The notes under the pieces are model-generated. The model made no database searches, was not told the origin of the DNA, and saw only the letters and a list, made by a program, of their open reading frames with translations. From NCBI GenBank assembly GCA_964187785.1, contig OZ076409.1, positions 18,726,001-18,790,000 on the forward strand: a DNA stretch of 64,000 bases, read 5' to 3'. The position numbers and the translations under genes were made by a program. This DNA comes from Amphiscolops sp. MND2022. Taxonomy: Eukaryota. Below, piece by piece: positions 23,800 to 37,030 of the stretch. Positions within the stretch are counted from its first letter, which is position 1; each line of letters opens with the position of its first letter.

Positions 23800-26014
23800 A
23801 GTTACGACTCGCGTTAGAGTCGTTGTTTTGGGTTGAATTAATTCTGACTGATTTCGTAGGGGGTATAGAAGCTCCTAGTTTCATTTTCCATTTCTTCTTC
23901 GGTGTTTTCTCTCATGTTTTCTCCTGTTTTCGGTTTTAACAGTTTTAAAATTTCCTTCTGGGACTCTATGAGAAGACTCTTAATTTCCGAGGTTATTTCC
24001 TCTTTCCAAGAAGCCCTCAAACTCTCAAGGAGGCTATTTTGGATCCTGGGAGATTTTGGTCTTGAAGGACCCGCAATGGTTACGTCCTGCTCCGGGAAAC
24101 AAGGCTTTTCTACTACTATTGGTGAAACTAGGCCTTCACTTACACTTTCGATGTTCTCTTGTTGGTTGTTTTTTCTCTTTTGTCTTCTTTTAGTCGAAAT
24201 TATGAATGAAGAGATCGAATTTGAATTTTCAATTATCCAACAAAGTTGAGAATTAAGCTGAGAATTGAGAAATTGAAACACAACTGAGTTTTACTGATGA
24301 AAAAAGTCCCTCCTTCATGGAAAATCATCGCATTCATACCCTTCTAGCATCATGTGATCACGACTAAACCCCTAATTTCCCTCTACCAATTAGTCATTTT
24401 CTGTTTTACGATGAAAAAATCATTACGATCCCAAATTTGCGTCAACACCTCGTCAAATTTTAAGACAGGGTAACTCCAATCTAGCATTAGTCATCAACCA
24501 AGATCATATCATTTCATTCCGGCGTCCTTTTCTTTCCTCCCAAGCAGGAAGTAATTACTTCAGTCTGTCAAACCGGAAGTTTTTCCTTGTTTTACTGCTT
24601 TGGTTCGTAGGAAAATCGACGCGGAGATGACGCTGACGTGAACAACTAGCGCTTGAACTTGAAGTATGACTCGAAGAAAAATATGACTAATTCTGTTTTG
24701 CTTGAAATATTCGGAGATGCTAGGAGAAAAAGAAGGACTAGTAATTTGATGGAAGCACTTAATTAGATAGATTATCACACATAATCTTTATGTCTAAATT
24801 AGCACAATTAATGTAACTATGGTCCGACGTGTCAACGACATTAGGCTAAATCAACCAAACAGAAACAGCAAACAATAATATCAACTTCAGATGATAAAAT
24901 ACTTCAATAAGTTTCTCAATGGGTAGTTGGGATGGTCTTACAAATAGTCGTAGCAAAATGAGATACAAACACATCATAGGAAAAATTCAGTTTCATTACC
25001 AAAAAACCATTTTCCTTAATTCACGGCATCTGGTTTTTTTAAACACTTCGAGTCAACGTAAATTTATACAACATAGTAATAGAAGTTTACAGCTAACATT
25101 ACAAACACATACTCGTAACACGTCTTTTAGAATAAACTGTGACTTTCTTTTTAAATAATATGGAAATGTTTTCATCCAAGTTAGGCCTTAACGCAAATAT
25201 CTGAATTGGCGAATTCCGTAATCTGACATGTAGATATATCTTAAAATTCCTTTTTCTTTTACACTAACTTAGTTAAACGTAATCTAAGCGATTTTCTCGT
25301 ACCAAAAAAATTAAAGCAGCATTCATTTCAATTTTTTGGACGGACTAAAACAACTAATTTGATGGGTTTGTGACGCAATGTGGACCAGGATTTGGAATGA
25401 AATTTTGACAAGCTACCAAGTTACTGACGTCACACCGACGAGTACTTTGGAATACTTTTAGTTAGTTGGCTAGTTAGCAGCGCTTTGATGACGTCACAGG
25501 GATAGTAATATTTGCATGTATTGCCATATTTGTTAACTTAGCGACGAGATACCGTCCTGATTCACATTAATGGCTGCTCAAAAAGTAATTAGTCTGCCTT
25601 TTCTTGGAAAAGGCGCAATCTTTTCGGTGAGCTACATCAATGTAACTTCTGTTTTAGGAATGATTGATGTTCCTTCCTGGAGTTTTGAATATATTTTCAA
25701 TTAGATTAGTCTATGATCTTTAGTCCCAAGGCGTATTTTAATTTAGTTTTCAGGTGGTGAATGCTTCTATTCTGACGTGACAAAAGCGTCTTACCGGAAA
25801 TGCGTGTAATCCATTCAGCTCATTTTCATTTGGAATTTGCGCAAGGTTGGCGCACATTTTACATTTTCTGTCACAGTTTATTTTGGAAAAGATTATTGAG
25901 TGTTTTAAAGTCAGTATTTTGGTTACCATCTTGGGAAGCGTAGACTACCGCCGTGTCCTCTTCCGATTGCAATACGTCTGCATGAACATCCCAAACCGGG
26001 CGCGGGTTGTGACA
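23800..26014 (-). mobile_element. Probable solo LTR (about 2.2 kb) of a Gypsy family, carrying a gag N-terminal ORF remnant (about 23800-24205)
   Basis: Minus strand starts TGTCACA and ends CGTAAC(T); flanks GGCCA/GGCCG form a near-TSD. The ORF ISTKRRQKRK...EEITSEIKSLL... resembles the other LTR-borne ORFs. Confidence 0.65.
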
Positions 26015-27709
26015 GGCCGTAATCGTCAATTACAGTATAGGTGTTTACAGTATAAATTACTATAGGTGTTTGAAAATTGCAAGATACGCTTATGCGACTT
26101 CAAATGTGATGCGCATTAAGATATTTTATTCTGGTTGCTTTTTTCAAATTTTTCGGAAAAATTTAGGTCGGTGCCCAGTCTTTGAAGCCATGGAACGCTT
26201 GCCATGATCATGACAAATTATGATACATGGAACGCTTGTCAAGATCATGACAAGATCTGTACAAGATAACCATCGTTTGTCATGGTCCTTATCGAGGAAA
26301 TCATGTCAAAAATCCGATGGACCCATTTTCAGTTATTGACTGACCGTGTCCCTAGTTGGAAGACCTGTCTATGCGTGGGAGCCGGGAATACCATTGTGAC
26401 GGGAAATAACGTCTAAGGAATAAATTCTAAATTCAAAACGGGAACAACGTTTAAAGCGGCGAGCGACTGGAATAACGTCTACGGAATAACATCTCAATGT
26501 AAAACGGAAAGAACGTCTAAGCAATAATATAAAATGCAAAACAGGAAGAACGTCTGAAGTGACGAGCGGCGGGAATATTAATTCTTCGAGTTGGCGTTTT
26601 ACAGTCCTAGCAGAGGGTGCCATTTTTGATAATCTGCAAGTTTTTTGTCCTCCCTCCGTGTAAAATGCCAGTTGCTCAGAACTCCTCATTTTTGCTTCCG
26701 AAGCTTGCTATTTCTATAAAGTTTGTCACGTTTTTCACAATTAATCACGTTTTACACGCTTTTCAAGTAATTTTCAATTTCCGAACAAACTAGCGTTGTA
26801 TCACTTTTTGTCAGAAATTCGCTGACCTTGCGCGTGCAAGATGGGTAGATCAAACGCATAGCTCACAAGACCAGGATTATGGGTTCAGTGACGCGAATAA
26901 CGCCTAAGGATTAATGTCTAGAGGTGTTTTTTGAAAAACATCTAAAAATAAATGTATTAGAATATGGATTGAGCATGTCATGGCTTTAGACGATTTTCCC
27001 CTGTTGCTTTATACGTTAGTCCTTAGACGTTCCGGCTCGCCTTCTGGGTCCTCGAAACTAGCTCCATGGATTTCAATTTAAACGCGATACCTTGGGCAGT
27101 GCTATCTCTTAGTTTGTTAGCGCAATACTTGTTTGAAAATCGAGGATTTTGAGGATGATCGCCGCCTTTCTTGGGCGCATTTGACCCACAAATGAAATTT
27201 TTAATGTATTGACCACATGCATGGTGAGAAGTTATTGTTCAGGCGTAATATCAACTTTAAGCCACCTCATACAAGAACGCGCCAAAAAGATGATAGGATG
27301 AAAGTTTCGGCAAGGATGGATAAAGAGATAATGTCGAGTCTCCGAATTTTGATTTTCGCATTAGTACGGAGAATTGTATGTGTATGTTTCTTCCAAATAT
27401 GGTTATTTCAATTGAATGCACGTGACATGTTTCCATATCATGGTAAAAAAAGCGAAATGCGGATTAGACATGTCATGGCTTCAGATGGTTTTACATGTCG
27501 CCTTTAGACATTAATCCCTGGTTGTCTTTGACAATTATTTGCGAGTTTGTATTTTTCGATCTACTTCGGTGTGTTACGACAATTATTTTTTCACTTGTTG
27601 ATCTATGTGAGTATTACTAAAGTTGCTTGGTTTCCTTTCAATTTTTGAAACTTTGTGAAACTTTTGAGATGGTACGTTCGAGACAGCTAGTGAAATCCGA
27701 ACAACTTTC

Positions 27710-28075
27710 TGGACGACGACCCTCCGGGAGTATTCATAGTCAAAATTTCACGAGCATAACTGCACGTCATGGCCTCTTTGTGACCTGAAATTTTGATACG
27801 AGGCAGTTTCTAAAAATCTACAGGGGAAATCGAGTATCAGGTGAAGATAGCTCCGATAACGTGTAGACGTTTGACTCTGGAACTCTTCATTTTGTGTTAA
27901 TTGATTCATCAAAAACTGACGATTGCTTGGCGAGGTATATCAATGATTCGGATAGTCAATTTAAAGAAAACTGTCGGCCAGTCCAGTTTTGTGATAAACA
28001 GAGTCAAACCAACTTCGCGTTTTACAGCACTCGAGAAATTACTGCTGGAGAAGAACTCCGATACAATTATCAAAC
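27710..28075 (+). pseudogene. SET-domain lysine methyltransferase remnant
   Basis: Reads DDPPGVFIVKIS...HGLFVT*NFDTRQFLKIYRG...LIDSSKTDDCLARYINDS...NC...FYSTREITAGEELRYNY, matching the SET motifs GxGLF, YxG, RxINHS-like and GEELxYxY. Contains stops and a frameshift. Confidence 0.85.
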
Positions 28076-28365
28076 CACAAAGAACAAATTGCGAACAATT
28101 GTTTCGATCTTCTTGAAATTTCCAATGATTTTGTTACATTGATTCTGTTCAAATCAGCCCCTTTCGTGAATCTTTTCGAACAATGGGATGCCAAGCCCAA
28201 AATCCAAATAACTTTGTTAATATCACTTCCAAGAATTTACTCACTGAGAAAGAGCCACGAGCCGGAGTGCCTGGAGTCTTCGGAATGACCAACCCCAACC
28301 AAATCCAACCGTCCAATCAAACATGTTTAATGACAAACTTGGAACTCACCAATGACGTGGCCGCC

Positions 28366-28565
28366 GCCAATGACGGGCCTCCAGTAAATGATGTCACTCC
28401 CGTCAAAGACGGGCCTTCCCCAAAAGAGGTCACTACCGCCAATGACGGGCCTGCAACAAAAAAGATCACTCCGCCAATGACGGGCCTCCACCAAAATGGT
28501 CACTCCCGCCAATGACGGGCCTTCAGTAGATGACGCTACCGCTGCCAATGACGGGCCTCCAGTAA
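28366..28565 (+). repeat. Coding minisatellite, 6 units of 35-36 bp (ANDGP-containing 12-aa repeat)
   Basis: GCCAATGACGGGCCT recurs at 28366, 28402 (variant), 28438, 28473, 28508 and 28544. Confidence 0.9.
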
Positions 28566-29280
28566 ATTTTTCAGAACTGTTTCACTATTGCAGTGACGAA
28601 GAATTTCAAGGCAAAAAAGAGAAACATAATCGCCATCGTCGAGATAAATTGGAAACATGTCTTCTCTGTGACAAAGAAATTTTGAAAATGAGGAATCATT
28701 TAACCAGCGAACGTAAAATGAATATCAACCCTTTCTTCATAAAGGTTTTGTCCACCTACTATTCAACTCGAAAAACGAAAAAATGTTATCAGTGTAATGC
28801 CTGCAATAAACGACTAGCTTCCACGTATGGTCATCCTGAGAATCATGAGGTCATTCCATTAAACGATCGCGATAATCTTGATTACTTTCCTCAGCAGTTC
28901 AGAACTGGTATAATATCTATTCGCCAAACATTCGCAGAAAAACCAACTTTTAAGTCAATAAACGATTCTGTCGCCCATCAGGACGCACCTTTACAAGATG
29001 GTGAATGTATCAGTACCCAAAGGTGTTCATTCGGTGTCAAAACATTTTTAACTGTTGCCATGAATGGGACATCGGGTTTTACAGAGAGTTCTGGACTGGC
29101 CAATGTTGTCAGAAACTATGCGCATGAGAAAGGATTGTCAAAAGCTACAGTCTTTCATTATTTATCCACTTCATCCAAATTTATTGATTACTTGATTCTT
29201 CACCGTTCAAGAGAATACCCTAGTTTTAGTGAAACGCGATGGAGAAAAGTCATCAAGGACTACCTAACCCGTATCAGAAG
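28496..29280 (+). pseudogene. 5' part of the tyrosine recombinase gene: two zinc-finger-like motifs and a core-binding (SAM-like) region
   Basis: CLLCDKEILKMRNHL, CNACNKRLASTYGHPENH and KGLSKATVFHYLSTSSKFIDYL. Interrupted at 29281 by an LTR. Confidence 0.65.
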
Positions 29281-32200
29281 TGTTGGCGCCAGTCATCAGC
29301 AGGCAAAGAAATTCGATTTGGGACATGCTGATTGAGAAACAAGACATAAACACTTAGAAACATAGAAGAAAGTTTGAAGAAATATCTAGTGTGACAAAAT
29401 GGCGAACCCCCGCTTCCCCAGTCAGGGTTTTCGCGACAAATGTTCGCCATAGAGACTTGAAACTTGACACACACACGCAGGTACATAACACAAGCACAAG
29501 GGTCAAGTTTCAAGGTCATCTCCCACTATAACCCCCTTTACCCTCACATGTGCGATGTTCAAGTTCATTGAACCGAAAATGTAAATTTCGTTATTTACCT
29601 ATATGACCACATTAGAATGTAACTCTGTTGAAATTATTGGTACTTTCATAGTATAAACATACTTCTAGCCCACCTGACCAACATGTTAAAACCACCACAT
29701 GGTTTGTTAACACAGAAAATTTTCAATTTATGCTTCAAATGTCATATCTCTGTACAACATATTTCAACTGACTTTTGATCAAAACTTACTGTAGAATTGT
29801 AAACGAGATGTACACCATTACTAGATAGTCACAAATTGATTGGAAAGCTGTACTAAAGTTGGGTCTTAGGACCACTTTCATTCTCAGTTAATTTCTTTAC
29901 CTCTTTTCGACTTTTCGCCAACGACTTAGGGCGACTAAGCTAGTTACTCTCAACTTGTGGAGAGTTGGACGCGTTAATAGACAAGAAAGAAGGCGCAATT
30001 CGGGGTCATTGGATCCTACTAAGTAAAGATACAGTCCTTTTATTCTACGAAGCAAGCAGTGTACAGTAACGGTCTGCAGTGCCGAGCACCGAATTCAGGG
30101 CGGCGTAAAGTTTGGTCAATTGAAGTGATCAAGCAGCCATGACAATTGGTCCGCCGACCCTGACATTATCAGTTCGGGGCGGACATCATCACATTGGGCG
30201 GACATCAACAGTTGGAGTGGACATCAATCTGGGTGGACACTGCATGAGGAACGTCGTTTTTCTCGTGTGTATAGCATTTGCGGTGGAAGACACTTGAGCA
30301 GTTAGAGTCATCAAACGGGTGACACAACATCTATCTGTTCAAGTGACACGAAGCTTGGAGAGAGCTTCGGTGCTGGTTTCTGAGGCAAACCAGAGAGCTG
30401 GGAGGACAAACCTAATTGTAGGGACCTTCCAAACCTAGAAGTGGCAGCAGGTGATCCTGTTCGCACATCCATCGAAAGTAACTGCAAGTTTCGTCGCATC
30501 CGAACGGAATCGCGACAAGTAGCTGAGACGACTATTCACGACCAAGAAGAACTGTGGAGACTGGGTCTAAAAATGGTTATTGGAACTCTAGAAAGAGTAC
30601 ACTGGCTTTGGCATTGCACTTTTGGGCAATTTGGAAATGGATTAGGTGTGCACTGTGGGACTTGGGATTTAGCAGCACTCTGGAGGCAGTTGTGCTTCAA
30701 ATCCAGTCTGGGACCAATTGTATCCTTGGGAAACGTATTCCTTATTGAAATCAAAGGTTTGAAGTAAGACGTCGTTGCAAGTATATCCACCAAGTGAAGC
30801 AAAGGGATCAGGTCATTGGCACGAGATCCATCGAAACAATCAAGTTCGTCAAAGAAGGCAAGCATAATCGACATTTGGGTTGATTCTTCGTTAATTGGCA
30901 TTTGATTATTGGGGTCAGCAATTAGTTGACACTTCAGATCTAACACATAGCAGGAATCTGGGAACGTAATCAACTCGATAAGAAACTGTTGTCTAGTCAG
31001 AAAGGCCTCAGGTGAACAACAAACTGCAATCTGAACAAGGAAACCAAGAAAGAAAGAAAATCTCAAAGTGCAGCATCCTTGAATGACAAATGTGTTTAAT
31101 CAAAGAAACACAAAGCAAAGCCAAGGACTGTTGTAACTCAGATCTGGTTTGGAAAATGATTCAGACTGGCATGTGTGGCGCTACTATTTGGATATTGTGC
31201 CCACACTAGTTGGAAGACTACGGACTCTGATTCAAGACTTGGATGACAAGCTTGACGAGCAAGAAGCCATTCTTTGTATAAGAAAATTGAATGATTGGAT
31301 ATTCGAATTTCGCGAGAATAAACAAGCATTGTTGCATAACGTAGATCTCATGTTGGACCTCACGAACGAAGAAACGCGAAGATGGCTCAGTCGAAGTGTG
31401 ACTGAATGGGAAGAAAGATTTCCTTGTAAAATTAAAAGCGAACTGGGGATATTGATTCCCTGATTTGAAGACATTTTTGAGGAGTCCAAAAGATGAGACA
31501 AACAAAACGAAGCATCGCCAAGTGACAAGTTGTGACTCTACAAACGCGGGAATGAGATGACCACACACAAGGAAGCTCAATCAAAGTAGCTTCAATCCAA
31601 CAAAACGCAATTGCTCAGTGAAAGTAACTAGTGAAAAAGAAATCGCTGTTACATACAAGCACTACAAGCAGGGTAATTGATGAAGAACGACGGGTTGTTG
31701 GAGTATCCAACACCTCTGATGCGTATAACTCAATCAATAATGTGAAAGTGTTACCCGAACAAACCTACAACAGGTCAGTCAAAGCAAAACAAACCTCGGA
31801 AGAACTGACTTTGCATTTTGAATTGCTGCAAGAGAATGCAGACGTTACTGCCGTACTACGGCACGCACAACAAGGAAAACTACTTCAAGTGACAATGTTT
31901 TATGACAGTTATCTACTCCTTCAAGAAGGAAACAAATGTTTTGAATCGGACAAAAACTCGAAATATGTAAATGAGCAGCCGTGTGCACTGCAGGAAGAGT
32001 TGAATGCACTAACCATATATCAAAAGCTTTGCCACGGTGTAGTGACGCACGACAGATTCCTGAAAAGCAATGACAAAAGTGAAACACAAACCATGAATTC
32101 ACCCTTTTGAAAGAAATCTGATTTTGAGTTCATAGTGCGCGTTATTGAAGAAACTATCCCGAAATATAGTACTGTCTGGAGCTATTGGACTGGTAATGAA

Positions 32201-34291
32201 AACTCTGGGATGGACGCAGTGGCACAGGCTAACGGCATAGACAAAACTCAATTGAGCAGAGGCCACCGCAAGCAACCGAAGAAATAAACTTGGAAGATTG
32301 AACCTATCTGGAACCTGGTACATGGAATGGATGAAAGAGCTCAGTTGAATGTGATTGCAATACGAGACGACACAATTGGACCACATGAGTTCCTAGACAG
32401 ATCATCAGTGACAAGAACGCAAATGTGTTCTTTGAAAGAACCAACAGCAGCAAGTTGGAGCAATATGTCTTGCAATGGGCAGGCTGCACCGTTCAAGACA
32501 ATGTGGACTCAGTATGGGTCTTCTGGTAAATTGGAAGTCTCTGAAGTCCTGTCGGAAACCCAGACGCTAAGAAGTTTGGGTTTTGTGTTGATAGTAGCTC
32601 GGTGACGCTTTACAAACAGAAGCGGAAACGAAACTCCACAGAAATGCAGTTACTGCGAGAAATTACGGATGTAGTTACGGAAAACTACGTGCCTGTGAGC
32701 CACGAGCAAAATGTAGCCCAGCGACTGAAATCAAAGCTCAAATCCACTCCCTCTGGATGCACAGAGAACACTGAAATCAAGATGAAGAACTTTAGTCGCC
32801 GTAATGTTGAAACGTCTCCTTATCTACTGATGATGCTGATAGGCGATTCAACGATTATTCACGAACAAACGCCAAGTTAAATGCTTGATCATGGAAAGAT
32901 TAGAGAACGAACTCTCTTTGACGTATCTCCCACGCGGTCAGTCAACTTTGATGAAGAATCGTCTAGCAGAGCAAAGCTTGGGAAACTGGCTGGAGATATT
33001 TTCGACTTACCTGGAAATCCACTCTTTGGATCTTGAAGCAATTATGGAAGCCGAGTTAAATGGGCCGAAGCAGTTTTGTACCATGCATTTCAAAGGTTCA
33101 CAAGAAAAGCAATTGATTGAACTAAATGAATGTCGAACGTTGATGATGAAATTTGTGATAATTGGGAAAATTGCGACTTCAAATTTGCAAAAAACTGTTT
33201 TGTTCTGTTAAGTGAGTATGTGGAAAACAAGCTTATGGTCAACGAGCTGGATTATGGGATGAAAAATCATTGCAGCAGAGAAGCAACGAAGCAAATAACT
33301 CAAAAACATGACTACAAAACAGAAGATCCCAGAAACACAACGATGATTGAAGGCAAACTCAAAAGACCAGTAGTGAAACTAGCACCCCTGTTTTATGAGT
33401 GTTTTCCGGCAGAAAAACAGGGTCGGCAATGTTAGCACCAGTCATCAGCAGGCAACGAAACTCGATTTAGGACATACTGATTGAGAAACAAGACCTAAAC
33501 ACTTAAAAACTTAGACGAAATTTTGAAGGAATACCAGGTGTGACAAAAGTGGCGAACCCCCTCAGTCAGGGTTTTCTCGACAACTGTTCGCCATAGGGAC
33601 TTAAAACATGACACACACATGCAGGTACGTAACACGAACACAAGGGCCAAGTTTCAAGGTCATTTCTGAACTATAAGCCCCTTTACCCTTCACATGTGCG
33701 ATGTTCAAAGTCATTGAAAAGGATATGTAATTTTCGTTGTTCACCTAAATGACCACATTAGAATGTAACTCTGTTGAAATTATTGATAGTTACATAGTGT
33801 AAACATACTTCTAGCCCTCCTGATCAACATACCAAAGTTACCACATGGTTTGTTTACATAGCCAATACCTTCATTTTATGCTTTGAATGTCATCTATTTA
33901 TACAACATATTCCAACTGATAATTGATCAATATTTACTGTAGAATTGTAAACGAGATGTACACCAATACTAGATAGGCACAAATTGATTAGAAAGCTGTA
34001 CTGAAGTTGGGTCTTAGGACCACTTCTATTCTCAGTTAACTTCTTCACCTCTTTTTGACTTTTCGCCAAAGACTTAGGGCGACTTAGCTAGTTACTCTCA
34101 ACCTGTGGAGAGTTGGACGCGTTAAGAGACAAGGAAGAAGTGCAATTCAGGATCATTGGATCCTACTAAGTAAAGATACAGTCCTTTTAATCTACGAAGC
34201 AAGCAGTCTTTGGTAACGATCCTCAGTGCCGAGCACCGAATTCAGGGCGGCGTAAAGTTTGGTCAATTGAAGGAATCAAGCAGCCGTTCCA
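29281..34291 (+). mobile_element. Bel/Pao LTR retrotransposon, internally deleted and decayed; LTRs 29281-30144 and 33430-34291
   Basis: Two colinear TG...CA LTRs of about 860 bp; PBS-like TGGTCC at 30147; purine-rich tract before 33430; near-TSD AGAAG/AGATG; Pao-type integrase end GKLKRPVVKLAPL. Confidence 0.88.
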
Positions 34292-34296
34292 AGATG

Positions 34297-35554
34297 ATGG
34301 CGCAAAAATAAAGGCGAGTGCAAAGAGAAAAATTCGTCAGAGTTAGAAAGCGATTTACAGAAGCATACTCTCAAGTTTCGCGAATTGCAAGTCCTCAATT
34401 TTTTGGCAGTGAGATAAAACTGCCGAATTGGTCCAATACTAGCCCTTACATGGAAGAACGTCGAGTTCATCGAAGAAAAAGGAAACCTTGAAACTAATAG
34501 GCATAAAACGGGGCATCTGTACGATGTTTCGATCACAATACCAAGCTATCAATATCCTTGGCTTCAACGAATGAAAGAACAGTATCTCAGAGAATACAAA
34601 AACATGTCCACTCTTGTTTTTGCGTCTTCAAACGACAGCATTGAGCACAGTTTACCCCGGTACATGAGAGATGTGATCAGAGACATTTTTAAGGAACTGT
34701 CTAAAAACCTGTTCAGTATATATTTCCCCAGTAACTCAGTTCGTAAGATGTGGGGTACATTTGTGAATGATAATCGTGATAAAATTCCAGAAAGTTTCCA
34801 AATTTTGCATCTCAGGCTAACCGGACACACAGAGAATACACCTCACGCAAACATTGTCGCGCGCAAACATTGGGTTTATATCAAGAAAGTTTAAATTCAG
34901 GAGGTGTGGATGGCGCAGACGAGGGTGATGTTCATTCAGATGTAGAAGATCGCAAACGTGAAAATACCACGCGCAAGAAACGAAATAATGAAAGCTGGAC
35001 CGGCCATAAATCTGACGACAGCGACATTTCAAGTGAACATGTGAACGCGACTGCAGATGGCAAAACGTCACCAACATCAAATACTAAATGGGTCGTGGAA
35101 ACGCCAGATGGGAACTCTAAAACCTCAACACCCTCAGTGAGTACAGACCCTTCGCTGAAAGAAAATGTGAAGCAACCAAAAAGGAAACTTTGCAAACGTG
35201 GACCACTAGAGGATTTGGATTGGACACCAAGTGGATCGGAGGCTACCTCGAGATGTGACTCTCCTGCTTGGTCTGATATCACTAGCTCAGATAACTAGCT
35301 CAGATTTAAGATCACCCGCGATTTCCGTAACAGACACTGCACATGAAAAGTACATTACATCTCTGAAGTCCTATCGAGGTGTCAAGCCGTCATCCATAGA
35401 GAAGAAACTCTTTCAATTTGTCATGTCATTTGAAGGATAATTTACTGAGAGGGGTTTCCATAAAATTCTCGAGAAAAACAAAATTGACTTGGATCCTGAC
35501 GAATTGGGGAGATAATACAGAAAAATGAAATTTGCAGAAAATGAGTACCTCTAA
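34297..35554 (+). pseudogene. 3' part of the tyrosine recombinase gene: catalytic domain and C-terminal tail
   Basis: R*NCRIGPILALTW (box I Arg), RHKTG (Lys), SNSVRKMW (HxxR-like) and LTGHTENT (His). The Tyr expected shortly after is not evident. Stop at 34415 and frameshifts downstream. Confidence 0.8.
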
Positions 35555-36170
35555 ATGTTTCAATTCTGAATCTCAGTGTGCAGTTTTGCCTTTCACTGCA
35601 CATGAGTAATTCTGAAAGTTTCTTTCCTTGAATCTAAGGTTGCGGTTGTTCTGATTTTTTTTCGTATGATAAACTGGACAAGCTCCATGCTTGAATCTCA
35701 TATTGCAGTTTGTTGTGTTCAGTGTGAACCAATCATGATGAGGTTTCGCTGACTCGCACAGGGACGGTCAGAATTTATTTGCGCATCCAAAAAATAAAAT
35801 GCGTTAAATTGGAATACGTTAAATTGGAATACTTTAAACTTGAATTACTCAAAAATTGGAAGAATAATAATCAATTATCAAATTTGCTTCAACATAAAAC
35901 TTAATTTCAAGTAGTTGCAGTTTTTTTTTGCTATATAGTATTAATCTAGTTAGAAAACCAAAACAAAAAAGTCCTTCAAAGAATTTTCTGGAATCTTCAT
36001 GCTTAACCCTCATTATTAAACAAACTAATCACCACATTGGAAATTGAATAAAACACCCAGTGTTCGAAGCCATGTTATCCTTGCCATGTTCCCGCTCGCG
36101 GCTTTAGACGTTTTCCCGTTTTGCATTTAGATGTTATTTCTTAGACGTTATTGCACTGAACCTTCAGCTA

Positions 36171-37030
36171 CCCAGGTTTTCGATCTTTGCGAATCTGTGC
36201 AGATCTGCAGGATTTTTGCAGATCTTTGCAGATATGTGCAGATCTGCAGGATTTTTGCAGATATGTGCAGATTCGAAGAAAAATGACATTATCAGAAACA
36301 CACTAAAAACCAAACAGCGATGTCAAACGGATAATAAAAGTGGTTAAAACTCGAGAGAAGTCTCAATTATGTCAAAATGATGAAACATTTTTCTGCAGCA
36401 ATCTGTACAGATCTGTAGAGTTTTGCAGATCTTGACAGATCTTTACAGATCCAAACAATGATCAGTAAATTACACTAACGTATTCCGATTTACCAGAAAT
36501 TATTAAAATTACTCCAACAAACCATGTTCCCGAAATATTAGAACAACAACACTTTATCAACACATCTACCAACCAAGAAGGTTGCCACATGTCAAATTTC
36601 ATCCGTCAAAACGAAGTCAATGAGGCAAACGAGCTTCTCAAAGTTCAACAACCACATCTGGAAAGTTCAAGTGAAATGGATAAATTACGGTGCATAACCA
36701 ATACGGCGCATTCTCCAGTCACCATAACTACCGTGTTGGGCACAAATTTTTCTTCTCGAGAATTTTGAGTGATGAGAGTATCAACTGACTGAGCCTTAGT
36801 CAGCTAAAGTAGTTGATGAAGTAGTTAAAAAAGTCCAAAAATGCAGTTATTGGTTCCTTAGAAGCTGCAGAAAGCTACAGAAGCTACAGAAGCTACAGAA
36901 AATCTGCACACTTCTGTAAAGATCTTGCAGATCTGTATGGATCTTCAAGATTCAGTGCAACAATCTTTGCAGAACCCTGCAGAAAGAATCCTGCAGATCT
37001 GCACAGATTCGCAAAGATCGAAAACCTGGG
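36171..37030. mobile_element. 860-bp MITE, copy A
   Basis: Perfect TIRs of about 44 bp (CCCAGGTTTTCGATCTTTGCGAATCTGTGCAGATCTGCAGGATT) and a TA TSD. Confidence 0.92.

Larger units (their letters stand above)
26405..36152 (+). mobile_element. Putative tyrosine-recombinase DNA element encoding a SET domain, bounded by inverted repeats (decayed)
   Basis: About 60-bp imperfect inverted repeats at 26405-26465 and 36093-36152 enclose SET, zinc-finger and tyrosine-recombinase coding remnants, all on the + strand. Confidence 0.7.

Noticed and set aside
34297..34894. DIRS/Ngaro retrotransposon or prophage integrase
   Set aside because: No linked RT/RNase H (the adjacent retro-sequences sit inside the Bel/Pao LTRs) and no phage genes.
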